Source: Spirochaetaceae bacterium
GTDB lineage: Bacteria > Spirochaetota > Spirochaetia > DSM-27196 > SKKC01
DNA: 64,000 bases
NCBI GenBank assembly: GCA_007128315.1
Contig: SKXQ01000020.1
Span: forward strand, 1,421 to 65,420
Reading direction: 5' to 3'
The notes beneath the pieces are model-generated. The model did no database searches. It was not told the DNA's origin and saw nothing but the letters and a program-made list of their open reading frames with translations. How positions within the stretch are numbered: the first letter of the stretch is position 1; each line of letters begins with the position of its first letter. The translations under genes and the position numbers were made by a program. Of the stretch, positions 28,732 through 37,855 are shown piece by piece.

Positions 28732-30336
28732 ATGTGTACCCTGAGCTGGACGAGCAGTCCCGAGCGTGCGCAGTACGAGCTTTTCTTTAACCGCGATGAA
28801 CTTCGCACGCGAAAACCGGCGATGCCCCCGGAGCTCGCGATCACCGACGGCGTGCGATACGCCGCACCGACGGATCGTGACCGGGGCGGATCCTGGATTG
28901 GTGTCAATCAGTACGGTGTGACTCATTGTCTGCTGAATACCTATGAAGCCGATACGGTGACGGTCGTTCCCGACGAAGCACGGAGTCGCGGGGAGATCGT
29001 GCGGCTGGTTCAGGCTTCCCGCTCGCCGGAACACACCGGGCGTATCATCGGATCCTGCCCTCTTAAGCAGTATCCTCCGTTCATGCTCGTCGGGCTGTAC
29101 TGGAGTTCCAGCCGCAACATTTGCGACGCTGTTTCATTTCACTGGAACGGGAACGAACTCACGACCCGAGCCGGGGTGCAGCCGCCGGTCACGACTTCAA
29201 GTTATCTGCCCGCGCGGGTTCGGGAATGGAGACAGGAGGCGTTCCGAAGGCTGACCAGGGACCGAACCCGTGCTACTTCGCGGAAGCTCTGGAAGTTTCA
29301 TACCCTGACCGACCGGCGACATTCTGCATTCGGCGTCTGCATGTCCAGGTCCGATGCGCGGACGGTGAGTTGCACGCGAGTGCTGTCACGGGAAGACGGA
29401 GCTGTTTTCATGGGGTACTTTGACGGGCCACCGTGCCGGGCAAAGGAAGCTCCGTCGATCGATCGATTCACAGATCACGGACTGTTACCGACCCGACCTC
29501 TGAACGTCGCGCAGGCGTTCTGCGAACGGGCACCAGCGGTCGCCGTGAAGCTGCCTCGTCCGGTCTTTTCGCTCCTGCGTGTCGTGCTTCTTGAGAAGCG
29601 CATTAACCGCCTCATACGGATGGCATCCGACCTTTCGCCGCTCGAGTTCTGTGACAGGGCACTCGAGTATCTCGATATCTCGGCGGTCGTTCAGGGGCGC
29701 AGATTTCTGTCGGATACGGCTCGCCCGGTGGTCGCGGCAAATCATCCCGCCGGCGGAATCGAAGGCCTCGTTCTCATGCGTGAGACATTACTCGCACACG
29801 GTGACGTGGCGGTGCCGGCAAACGATCTCCTCGCCCGCATTCCTTCTCTTGCGCCTCTGGTGGTTCCGGTTGACCGTTATCGCGGCAACGCGGCAGTTGC
29901 AGCCCGCTATGCTGAACTCTACGCTGGAGACCGACCTGTTCTGATTTTTCCCGCAGGACGAACAGCGAGAAAAAAAGCGGGAACTCTTCGGGAGTTCCCC
30001 TGGGCCAAGTCCTTTGTCACGCACGCCCGTCGGCACGACCGTCGTATCGTACCGACCTGGATTTCGGGAGAGAACTCGCGTCTGTTCAACACGATCTATG
30101 CAATCCGGCACGCGCTTTCCATCGATCTGAACCTGGAGATGTTTTTGCTCGCGCGTGAGCTGTTCAGGCGGCGGGGTAGCGAGGTCAGAGTCATTTTCAG
30201 CCGCCCGGTCGATCCGACCGCTGATGACGCACGGTATGCGGACCTGCATCTGAAAACCGACAGCCGAAAGGCCCTGGAGTTGCAGGCGCTTGTCGAGTCC
30301 CTGCGCAGGCAGGGAGGAGTGCCGTATGAGTACTGA
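28732..30336 (+). CDS. Fusion protein: N-terminal NRDE/TANGO2-like domain plus C-terminal lysophospholipid-type acyltransferase (GlsA/OlsA-like)
   Basis: N-terminus MCTLSWTS...ELFFNRDE (Cys2 plus the NRDE signature). C-terminal half has ANHPAGGIEG (HX4-acidic acyltransferase block), IFPAGRTARK and PTWISGENS. Confidence 0.75.
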   Translation: MCTLSWTSSPERAQYELFFNRDELRTRKPAMPPELAITDGVRYAAPTDRDRGGSWIGVNQYGVTHCLLNTYEADTVTVVPDEARSRGEIVRLVQASRSPEHTGRIIGSCPLKQYPPFMLVGLYWSSSRNICDAVSFHWNGNELTTRAGVQPPVTTSSYLPARVREWRQEAFRRLTRDRTRATSRKLWKFHTLTDRRHSAFGVCMSRSDARTVSCTRVLSREDGAVFMGYFDGPPCRAKEAPSIDRFTDHGLLPTRPLNVAQAFCERAPAVAVKLPRPVFSLLRVVLLEKRINRLIRMASDLSPLEFCDRALEYLDISAVVQGRRFLSDTARPVVAANHPAGGIEGLVLMRETLLAHGDVAVPANDLLARIPSLAPLVVPVDRYRGNAAVAARYAELYAGDRPVLIFPAGRTARKKAGTLREFPWAKSFVTHARRHDRRIVPTWISGENSRLFNTIYAIRHALSIDLNLEMFLLARELFRRRGSEVRVIFSRPVDPTADDARYADLHLKTDSRKALELQALVESLRRQGGVPYEY

Positions 30337-31216
30337 GATAATCGATGCAGTTGACCCGGATGTACTGCGAGCCGAACTGACCGGTGAAACCCGGCTCACC
30401 GGTTTTCACGACCTTGAAGTTCATATGTTTGACGGTCCTGACTGCCCCGGCGTCCTGCGGGAGATCGGGCGTATACGCGAGACCGAGTACCGTCGGGAGG
30501 GCGCAGGGCGAAATCAGGCGCTGGATCTTGACCGTCACGATACCGAAGCCCCGCGCTACGCACAGATCGTCTCTTTTGATCGCGAGGTCGGGGAACTGGT
30601 TGCCATGTATCGTGCCATGCACTGCGGCCGGATGCTTGAGGCACACGAGCTGTCGTGTCGATCGCTCAGGACGGCGTGTCTTTTTGACTTTACCCCGGAC
30701 TTCGTCGCCACACAGCTGTCGACTGTGGTCGAACTCGGACGATCGGTTGTGAACCGGAAGGCCCGACGCGCAATACAGGGGCTTTTTTCCGTGTGGTCAG
30801 GTCTTGGTGCGCTGGTACGGGCATGGCCGGAGATAGATGCGTTCTTCGGTAACGTGACGTTCTACCGGTCTCTCCCGGAGCGTGCCGTCCGGGTTCTGTG
30901 GCATTATCTTTGTCGTCACCACGGAGAAGGTGCACGAGGGCTGAGCGCACGGGACGGCTGTCTCGTCGCACTGGAGCCGCCTGGTCCGGATGAGGTGCAA
31001 TGCACCGAGACCTTTGACTCGCTTGTCGCGTGTGCATCCCGGGAAGGCTGGCAGATACCGCCCATCCTTGTCTCCTATCTCAAAGCCTGCCCCGGGCTGC
31101 AGGCCTTTGATATTGCTATGGACGCAGATTTCGGTGATACCGTAGAAGCAGCGATTCTCGTTCCAGTCGACAGGGTGACGCGCAAGACACGGCGTCGGTT
31201 CATCGATACCGACTGA
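30326..31216 (+). CDS. Hemolysin-like GNAT N-acyltransferase (OlsB/GlsB-like)
   Basis: IRETEYRREGAGRNQALDLDRHD, ELGRSVVNRKARR, PPILVSYLKACPGLQAFDIAMDADFGDTVEAAILV. ATG 30326 (MSTEIID) overlaps the upstream stop by 11 nt. Confidence 0.75.
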   Translation: MSTEIIDAVDPDVLRAELTGETRLTGFHDLEVHMFDGPDCPGVLREIGRIRETEYRREGAGRNQALDLDRHDTEAPRYAQIVSFDREVGELVAMYRAMHCGRMLEAHELSCRSLRTACLFDFTPDFVATQLSTVVELGRSVVNRKARRAIQGLFSVWSGLGALVRAWPEIDAFFGNVTFYRSLPERAVRVLWHYLCRHHGEGARGLSARDGCLVALEPPGPDEVQCTETFDSLVACASREGWQIPPILVSYLKACPGLQAFDIAMDADFGDTVEAAILVPVDRVTRKTRRRFIDTD

Positions 31217-31247
31217 GTATACACGCGTAATCTGCTATACTCCTGCC

Positions 31248-32438
31248 ATGTCTCATCCAGGCAGGACGCCAGATCCTATTCGCACGACTACGGAGAACTG
31301 GTTCGCGTGGAATACCATGCAGAACCGTCTGCCCGACAACATTGCCCATACCGTACGGGTCAACGGTGATTTCACCGATATGGAGCGAACACGTCTCCTG
31401 GCGCTTTCCGGCTCAATCGCAGACGGAGCGCGCATCCCCGAACCCGGACTGCACTGGCACGATTACGAGTGGTGGGCCAGCCAGTATGAGCCGCACCAGG
31501 GAGATACCTGGCACGACTCGAGATGGTTTTTCAGCGAAACCTACGCCTTCAGACTCATTCTCGATGCCTGCCGGTACTGGCAGCACGGTCGTGATCCGTT
31601 CTGGCACACAAAAAAAGCGGAGCTGGACAGCGCTGCGGCATTCGCTCCTGTTCTTCATTTCGATTCACGCGGGCGCATCGAAGGAGACAGCGGGCGTACC
31701 CGACTATCGAGGGCTTTACAGCTTGCCACCTGGGGGAACCGGGCTGATCTGAGCTTTTCGGCTGGTGCCGAACCCGACCGCGATCATGGGACGGAGGAAC
31801 AGCTCATCGTAAATCATACTGCAGAATGCATGAAACAGCTTGTTGAAGCGCCGGCGTCGACAGTGCATCTGGTAACCGATAACTCGGGTGCCGAACTCGC
31901 CGGTGATCTGGTTCTGATTCGGGAGCTTGTTCGCCTGGGACACGACGTGGTCTGTCATGTCAAAGCGCACCCCACCTACGTCAGCGACACGACCGTAGCA
32001 GACTTCCATTATTTTCTCACCCGGGCGGCCAGTTCCGTTTCGAAGGCAGTGCAAACCATCGCATACGATATTCAGCAAGCCCTGAGTGATGAACGTGTGG
32101 AGCTTCGTCCGCACGCGTACTGGTGTTCATCGCTCTTCCTTTCGGACATGCCTAAAGCGCTTTTCAGCACGCTCGAGAGCGCGGGTATCATCATCATTAA
32201 AGGAGACTTCAATTATCGGCGAGTGTTTCAGGATACGATCTGGCCGGTTGGAACACCCCTCGCACAGGCCACGGGGGTGCAGATTCGACCGCGGGTACTG
32301 CTCCTGCGCGGTATGAAAAGTGATGTGATATGGGGGCTCGAACAGACTGTCGTCGAGGCACTCGAGACCGACGACGCGGACTGGCGTATCAACGGTCGGC
32401 GTGCGGTGATACAGCTGCTGAACCTCAACGGGAAATAG
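31248..32438 (+). CDS. DUF89/ARMT1-family damage-control phosphatase-like protein
   Basis: 396 aa. ATWGNRADLS, VTDNSGAELAGDLVL, IIIKGDFNYRR. Confidence 0.75.
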   Translation: MSHPGRTPDPIRTTTENWFAWNTMQNRLPDNIAHTVRVNGDFTDMERTRLLALSGSIADGARIPEPGLHWHDYEWWASQYEPHQGDTWHDSRWFFSETYAFRLILDACRYWQHGRDPFWHTKKAELDSAAAFAPVLHFDSRGRIEGDSGRTRLSRALQLATWGNRADLSFSAGAEPDRDHGTEEQLIVNHTAECMKQLVEAPASTVHLVTDNSGAELAGDLVLIRELVRLGHDVVCHVKAHPTYVSDTTVADFHYFLTRAASSVSKAVQTIAYDIQQALSDERVELRPHAYWCSSLFLSDMPKALFSTLESAGIIIIKGDFNYRRVFQDTIWPVGTPLAQATGVQIRPRVLLLRGMKSDVIWGLEQTVVEALETDDADWRINGRRAVIQLLNLNGK

Positions 32439-32476
32439 AACTCGGCAGATCGGTTCCGGCGGTGTATCATGATTCC

Positions 32477-34381
32477 ATGCACGCACCTCAGGCTCGACTG
32501 TCAACCCGACTCCTCGTCATAGCCCTTGTCTGCATCGTTGCCCTTGCGACCGTCGCGATCGCGGCCGGATGGAGTAACCGCCGGGTCGCCGCCCTGCGGG
32601 AGGCGCAGGACGCGGGTATGGAACTTCTGCTGCAGACAAACCGTGTTCACGGTAGACTCAAGGACCTCATGTTCGACATGTTTTCTCCACAGACCTACGG
32701 GCTGCTCAAGGATCTTGTGCACGTTCCCCGTGCCGCACATCTGCTGTCGACGTTCAACTCGGAGGTCGAGCAACTCCGGTATCAGTACGATCTGTTCTTC
32801 GAGAGTGAGGCAGTACAGGCGCTTCTTACCGATGACCGCATGCTCCGTGATTACGATGCCGCCCGGACGATCGGAAACCGGGCATTTGTAGACATAGCCA
32901 GACTGCAGCGCGGCCTGCGGCGCATCGAAGCTGACGCTCCCATCCGTGGTGCAGGTCTGTACCGCTGGGTTGTACTCGCCGATCTTCCCGATACCGCGAC
33001 CTTCCTGCAGGATGTCCGTTCGGTGTCCTACTATTTTTCCGATACCTTCGAGCGTCTGCTGGTTCACGTTATCTACCGTCTCAACGAGCACTCGGATGCG
33101 CTTCAGGAACGCACACTGCGGGTGTTCTGGCTTACGACAGTATGTGCGGCGTTGATTGTCTTTCTCCTGCCTCTGTTCTTCGCGTTGCATCTGACGCGTC
33201 GCCTTTTCCGTTTTCAGCAGGTTGTTGAGAGTCTCGGTGAGGGCAACTTACACGTGCGTGCCCTTGAAGGAGCGCAGGATGAGGTCGGATCGCTGCTGCG
33301 ACGCTTCAACACGGTCGCCGAGAAGCTGTCCCGGAACATAGACTCAGTCAGCGTTCTCATGCGACGGGTCGGGCGCAGAATCTCGGAGAACCCGACCCTT
33401 GAGTCTCTGTTCCAGCTGATCGCCGATACGACGGCTGAGCACGAACACGTCGAGGCCGTTGCGATCATCGAACACACACGGAAGGGAGACGAGCTGCGGG
33501 TATGCAGATCGGGTGCACCGCGTGCAGACGCGCCGGTCGGACTTGCACACGTGACGGCAACCTTCCGTCTTCCGACGAGGGCCCGACCGAATCTGGTGCT
33601 GCAGGTACAGGCAAGCGGGAATACGCTGACCGATCTTGACCTGGCCCATTTGCGCATCATGAGCGAGTATGCAACCCTGCTTGTCGAACACAACGACGTG
33701 TACCGGGAACTCCTTGAGCGGCGTCAGGCTGCCTATCACGCACTTCAGGCGCAGATACAGCCGCATTTCCTGTTCAACGTACTCGGCGGTATGTTCGGTC
33801 TGAACCGTGCCGGCGACACCCTGCTGGTCGAACGAAGCCTGATCTGCCTGCGGAACATGCTGCAGTACATCGTCGGCGAGCAGGACGTCGTGACGCTTGC
33901 CGAGGAGTTTGCGTTTACGCGCTCGTATCTGGAGCTGCAGACGCTTCGTTTTGGTGATCGTCTTGAGGTTACTGTCGAGCTTCATGATACCGTTGCAGAC
34001 ATCAGCATGCCGAAACTGGTCCTGCAACCGCTCGTCGAGAACGCTGTGACACACGGAATCGAGCCGAAAGTAGGCAGGAGCAGGATACAGGTTTCGGCGC
34101 ATGCCGAGGAAACCGGCGGTGTTCTGGTGTGTGTGCGGGATGACGGGGTAGGTCTTGGCAATACCGGTGCAGTTTCGCGTGACGGAAACGCACGTGCTCC
34201 GTCCGAGTCGCGTGGTCTTGGCCTGCACATCGGAATCAGCAACGTACGTGATCGGCTGCTTCTGACTCACCCTGGAACGTCCCTTGAGATCAGCGAAGCG
34301 GAAGGCGGGGGAACGATTGCACGCATTCGTGTTCCAGCATCTGCGACAACGCGGGCCGCGGAGAGTGTCGGCAGTGTATAA
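32477..34381 (+). CDS. Sensor histidine kinase, YesM/LytS type (HAMP plus His_kinase plus HATPase_c)
   Basis: Start at MHAPQARLSTRLLVIALVCIV. HAMP segment; LQAQIQPHFLFNVLG signature of the LytS/YesM kinase family; PLVENAVTHGI; GLGLHIGISNV. Confidence 0.85.
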   Translation: MHAPQARLSTRLLVIALVCIVALATVAIAAGWSNRRVAALREAQDAGMELLLQTNRVHGRLKDLMFDMFSPQTYGLLKDLVHVPRAAHLLSTFNSEVEQLRYQYDLFFESEAVQALLTDDRMLRDYDAARTIGNRAFVDIARLQRGLRRIEADAPIRGAGLYRWVVLADLPDTATFLQDVRSVSYYFSDTFERLLVHVIYRLNEHSDALQERTLRVFWLTTVCAALIVFLLPLFFALHLTRRLFRFQQVVESLGEGNLHVRALEGAQDEVGSLLRRFNTVAEKLSRNIDSVSVLMRRVGRRISENPTLESLFQLIADTTAEHEHVEAVAIIEHTRKGDELRVCRSGAPRADAPVGLAHVTATFRLPTRARPNLVLQVQASGNTLTDLDLAHLRIMSEYATLLVEHNDVYRELLERRQAAYHALQAQIQPHFLFNVLGGMFGLNRAGDTLLVERSLICLRNMLQYIVGEQDVVTLAEEFAFTRSYLELQTLRFGDRLEVTVELHDTVADISMPKLVLQPLVENAVTHGIEPKVGRSRIQVSAHAEETGGVLVCVRDDGVGLGNTGAVSRDGNARAPSESRGLGLHIGISNVRDRLLLTHPGTSLEISEAEGGGTIARIRVPASATTRAAESVGSV

Positions 34382-35117
34382 GTATATCGTGGCCGACGAT
34401 GAACGGCACGTACGTAAGGGAGTCATCAGTCTCGTGCAGGAGACTGATCCGGAGTTTGTCCTCGCCGCGGAAGCGGGCAGTGGGTCAGAGGCCGCGGATC
34501 TTATCCGACGACATCGACCCGAGCTCGCGTTCGTGGACGTGCGAATGCCGGGAGGGAGCGGGCTTGATGCGATACGGGACACAATTCACCTGTGTTCTGA
34601 TACGGTGTTCGTCATTGTGTCCTCATATTCGCAGTTCGAGTACGCGCGGCAGGCGGTGCAGCTTGGCGCCCTCGACTATCTGCTCAAACCGGTATCGACG
34701 GACGAGATGCGTGATCTTCTGCAAAGGGTACGAACGCTGATTGCGAACCGGATTGACGCCGGGACAGACCTTGATGAGTCCGAACAGGGCACGGATCTCA
34801 CAAACGATACCGCGTCTGCAGCGCGACGGCTAATGAAGGAACAGTATGCGCTCGGCGTCGGGGTCTCACAAATCGCCGGTCAGATTGGCGTAACAGCCAA
34901 CTATCTTACGACCTGTTTTCATGAACGCTACGGAGAGGCCCCGTTGAGCTATCTCACGAAACTTCGCATGGAGGCGGCAGAGCGACTACTGCGATCGGGT
35001 GTTCGCGTGCAGGATGTCGCTCTCAGAGTCGGTTACCGGGACGCCAGACATTTCTCGAAAAAATTCACCGACACGTTCGGTCGCTCGCCGTCCGGTTATC
35101 GCTCGTCGAAGCTCTGA
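34374..35117 (+). CDS. Response regulator with AraC-type HTH output (YesN-like)
   Basis: GTG 34374 (VYKYIVADDERHVRKG). Receiver with VDVRMPGGSGLD. C-terminal AraC HTH (VGYRDARHFSKKFTDTFGRSPSGYR). Confidence 0.85.
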   Translation: MYKYIVADDERHVRKGVISLVQETDPEFVLAAEAGSGSEAADLIRRHRPELAFVDVRMPGGSGLDAIRDTIHLCSDTVFVIVSSYSQFEYARQAVQLGALDYLLKPVSTDEMRDLLQRVRTLIANRIDAGTDLDESEQGTDLTNDTASAARRLMKEQYALGVGVSQIAGQIGVTANYLTTCFHERYGEAPLSYLTKLRMEAAERLLRSGVRVQDVALRVGYRDARHFSKKFTDTFGRSPSGYRSSKL

Positions 35118-35120
35118 TAC

Positions 35121-35159
35121 CGGAGTTAATCGGAGAAATTTCACGGGAAACCGGAGAAA
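35121..35159 (+). promoter_or_regulatory. Three phased direct repeats CGGAG(T/A)(T/A)A upstream of the sugar-binding protein gene
   Basis: cggagtta at 35121, cggagaaa at 35131, cggagaaa at 35152 (spacings 10 and 21 bp). They lie between the AraC-type regulator gene and the SBP gene. Confidence 0.3.
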
Positions 35160-35236
35160 CACCTACGTACCCTTCGCGTCAGAGGTCATGATAGCCTGAT
35201 GGCAACGAATTACGAATGTACTGAAGGGGGTACACA

Positions 35237-36256
35237 ATGGTACGAAAGATTTTTGCTACAGGGCTCGTGCTTCTCATGAGTGCTGCGATGGTGTTCGCCG
35301 CAGGACGGGCTGAGGGTCCGGCAGACGACGACACGCTTCGCATCGGGCTTCTGGTGAAGTCGCTGGGAAACTCATTCTTTGAAGCCGCGCGCGACGGAGC
35401 CATGGAGGCAGCTGCCGAGCTCGGAGACGTCGAGGTAATCTATCAGGGACCGAGTACGCCGACCGCCGAGGGCCAGATCGAGATCATCGATTCACTGATC
35501 GCGCAGGGCGTTCACGGGATCGCTATTTCATCCAACGATGAAAACGCGCTCGTCCCGGCCGCACAGCGGGCACAGCGGGCAGGGATCGAAGTGATTTCCT
35601 TTGACTCCGCCGTCGCCGCAGATGGGCGCTCAATCCACCTCGCTCCCTCCGACGACGAACTGATCGGCCGAAGTCAGGTCCAGGCGATTGCGGAAATGAT
35701 CGACTACGAGGGTCAGATTGCGATTCTCAGCGCATCATCCACCGCAACCAACCAGAACGCGTGGATCGAGTGGATGCGCACAGCACTTGAGGATCCTGAA
35801 TACGCGAACATGGAACTGGTAGACGTCGTGTACGGAGACGACCTTTCTGATCAGAGCTACCGGGAAGCGGTTGGCCTCTTTAACAGTTATCCGAATCTCC
35901 GCGGTATTATCTCACCGACCACCGTTGGTGTCGCGGCCACCGCTCGCGCCATTCAGGATGAAGGGCTTGTCGGCCAGGTCGAACTGACCGGTCTCGGGCT
36001 TCCCTCCGAAATGAGTCAGTACGTTCAGGACGGCGTCTCTCAGAACGTCGCGCTCTGGAATCCTATCGATCTCGGCTACGCAGCAATCTACATCACCTAC
36101 CACCTGCTTCGCGGTAACGTTGAAGCTGAAGCTGGTGCTGTTATTCCTGCCGGACGCATCGGTGACATTCGGGTCGGCGAAGGACTGGTTGCAGTACTTG
36201 GCGAACCTTTCGTCTTCGACGCCTCCAATATCGCAGAGTTCGCCGATATCTATTAA
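35237..36256 (+). CDS. Sugar ABC transporter substrate-binding protein (RhaS/LsrB-like)
   Basis: 339 aa with signal peptide. LRIGLLVKSLGNSFFEAARDGAMEAA ... IYQGPSTPTAEGQIEIIDSLIAQGVHGIAISSND, a periplasmic-binding-protein type I fold. Confidence 0.8.
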   Translation: MVRKIFATGLVLLMSAAMVFAAGRAEGPADDDTLRIGLLVKSLGNSFFEAARDGAMEAAAELGDVEVIYQGPSTPTAEGQIEIIDSLIAQGVHGIAISSNDENALVPAAQRAQRAGIEVISFDSAVAADGRSIHLAPSDDELIGRSQVQAIAEMIDYEGQIAILSASSTATNQNAWIEWMRTALEDPEYANMELVDVVYGDDLSDQSYREAVGLFNSYPNLRGIISPTTVGVAATARAIQDEGLVGQVELTGLGLPSEMSQYVQDGVSQNVALWNPIDLGYAAIYITYHLLRGNVEAEAGAVIPAGRIGDIRVGEGLVAVLGEPFVFDASNIAEFADIY

Positions 36257-36292
36257 AACGGGAGCGTCACCGTTTCTGTAATCACTTTGTGT

Positions 36293-36322
36293 GCGCCGAT
36301 CCCAGTGGATCGGCGCTTTTTT
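36293..36322 (+). terminator. Intercistronic hairpin plus T-tract (partial terminator/attenuator) between the SBP and ATPase genes
   Basis: Perfect 10-bp stem gcgccgatcc / ggatcggcgc, loop cagt, followed by tttttt (36317-36322). Confidence 0.7.
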
Positions 36323-36347
36323 GCCCGAAGCAACAACGGAGCTTTTA

Positions 36348-37853
36348 ATGGCTGAAGTGGTCCGACTTGACGATGCCCGGAAGTTTTTTCCCGGGGTAAA
36401 AGCGCTCGACGGCGTTACTATGAGCATCAGGTCAGGAGAAGTGCACGCGCTAATCGGAGAAAACGGCGCGGGTAAATCCACACTCGTCAAGGTTCTCACC
36501 GGTGTGCACAGCCTGACCTCCGGAACGGTGTATGTCGACGGTTCGTCGGTCTCATTCCGTTCACCGCATGATTCGCAGGCAGCCGGCATAGCCGCGATTC
36601 ACCAGGAAGCCTCCATGTTTCCCAATCTCACGATTGTGGAAAACATCTTTATGGGGCATCATCTTCGAAAACCTTCCGGTCTTCTCGACTGGACCACCAT
36701 GAAGACGCGTACGAGCGAATTGTGCGGTCGACTCAGTCTGAAAATTCCGCCCGATACCCTTGTTCGCGACCTCAGCGTTGCGCAACGGCATCAGATCGAA
36801 ATTGTAAAGGCGCTGTCTATCGATGCGCGGGTCATTATCATGGACGAGCCAACCGCGTCGCTATCGCTCAAGGAGATCAAGGAGCTCTACGAACTCGTGC
36901 GAAAGCTGAGGGAAGCTGGAACCGCGATCGTGTTCATTTCCCATAAGTTCGAAGAGATTTTCGAGATTGCGGACACGTATACCGTCCTGCGCGACGGAAG
37001 ATTCGTGGGTGACGGACGCGTCGCTGATGTTACAACCGACGACCTTGTTCGCATGATGGCCGGGGCGGCCCTTGACCGGTTGTTTCCGGAACGCACGCCG
37101 AACATCGGTGATATCTCCTTGCGCGTGCAATCCCTGCGTCAGGCCGGTGTCTTCGAAGACATCTCTTTTGAGCTTCATAAAGGCGAGGTGCTCGGCTTCT
37201 TCGGTCTCGTTGGAGCCGGTCGCAGCGAACTCATGCAGAGTATCTTCGGTGTTCGTGGCCGTGACGGTGGATCGGTCATTGCAGGAGCTGTCGAACTCAA
37301 GGCGCTCCGGCCTCAGCAGGCCATGAAAGAAGGCATAGCGTTCGTCCCGGAGGACAGGCAGGAACAGGGTGTCGTACTCGATATGAGCATCGTAGAAAAC
37401 ACGACCCTCGCATCGTTAAAAGCGGTCAGTCGTTTCGGTTTTCCGAATCGGAGAACAGAGCTGTCGACGACCGCACGCCTCGCGAAGCGTTTCTCGCTGC
37501 GCGCATCCAGCCTCCTGCAGGTCGTTGCAGCTCTGTCCGGCGGGAACCAGCAGAAAGTTGTTCTTTCGAAGTGGCTTGCTACCGATCCGCGTATTCTCAT
37601 TCTCGACGAGCCGACCCGCGGGATCGATGTCGGGACGAAAGCCGCCGTGCACAGCTTCATTGGCGAACTTGCCGACCAGGGCTACGCGATCATTCTGGTG
37701 TCCTCCGAGCTGCACGAGGTGCTTGGCATGTCCGACCGTGTACTCGTAATGAAAGAAGGTCGACTGGTTGCGGAGTTCGACCGGGATAATGCCGAAGCCG
37801 AGCAGGTACTCGGAGCCGCTATAGGCGCAACGACAGCACAACGCGGAGCATAA
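36348..37853 (+). CDS. Sugar ABC transporter ATP-binding protein (duplicated ABC domains)
   Basis: Start at MAEVVRLDDARKFFPG. Walker A GENGAGKST and GLVGAGRSE, LSGGNQQK, ILDEPTRGIDV. Confidence 0.9.
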   Translation: MAEVVRLDDARKFFPGVKALDGVTMSIRSGEVHALIGENGAGKSTLVKVLTGVHSLTSGTVYVDGSSVSFRSPHDSQAAGIAAIHQEASMFPNLTIVENIFMGHHLRKPSGLLDWTTMKTRTSELCGRLSLKIPPDTLVRDLSVAQRHQIEIVKALSIDARVIIMDEPTASLSLKEIKELYELVRKLREAGTAIVFISHKFEEIFEIADTYTVLRDGRFVGDGRVADVTTDDLVRMMAGAALDRLFPERTPNIGDISLRVQSLRQAGVFEDISFELHKGEVLGFFGLVGAGRSELMQSIFGVRGRDGGSVIAGAVELKALRPQQAMKEGIAFVPEDRQEQGVVLDMSIVENTTLASLKAVSRFGFPNRRTELSTTARLAKRFSLRASSLLQVVAALSGGNQQKVVLSKWLATDPRILILDEPTRGIDVGTKAAVHSFIGELADQGYAIILVSSELHEVLGMSDRVLVMKEGRLVAEFDRDNAEAEQVLGAAIGATTAQRGA

Positions 37854-37855
37854 CT

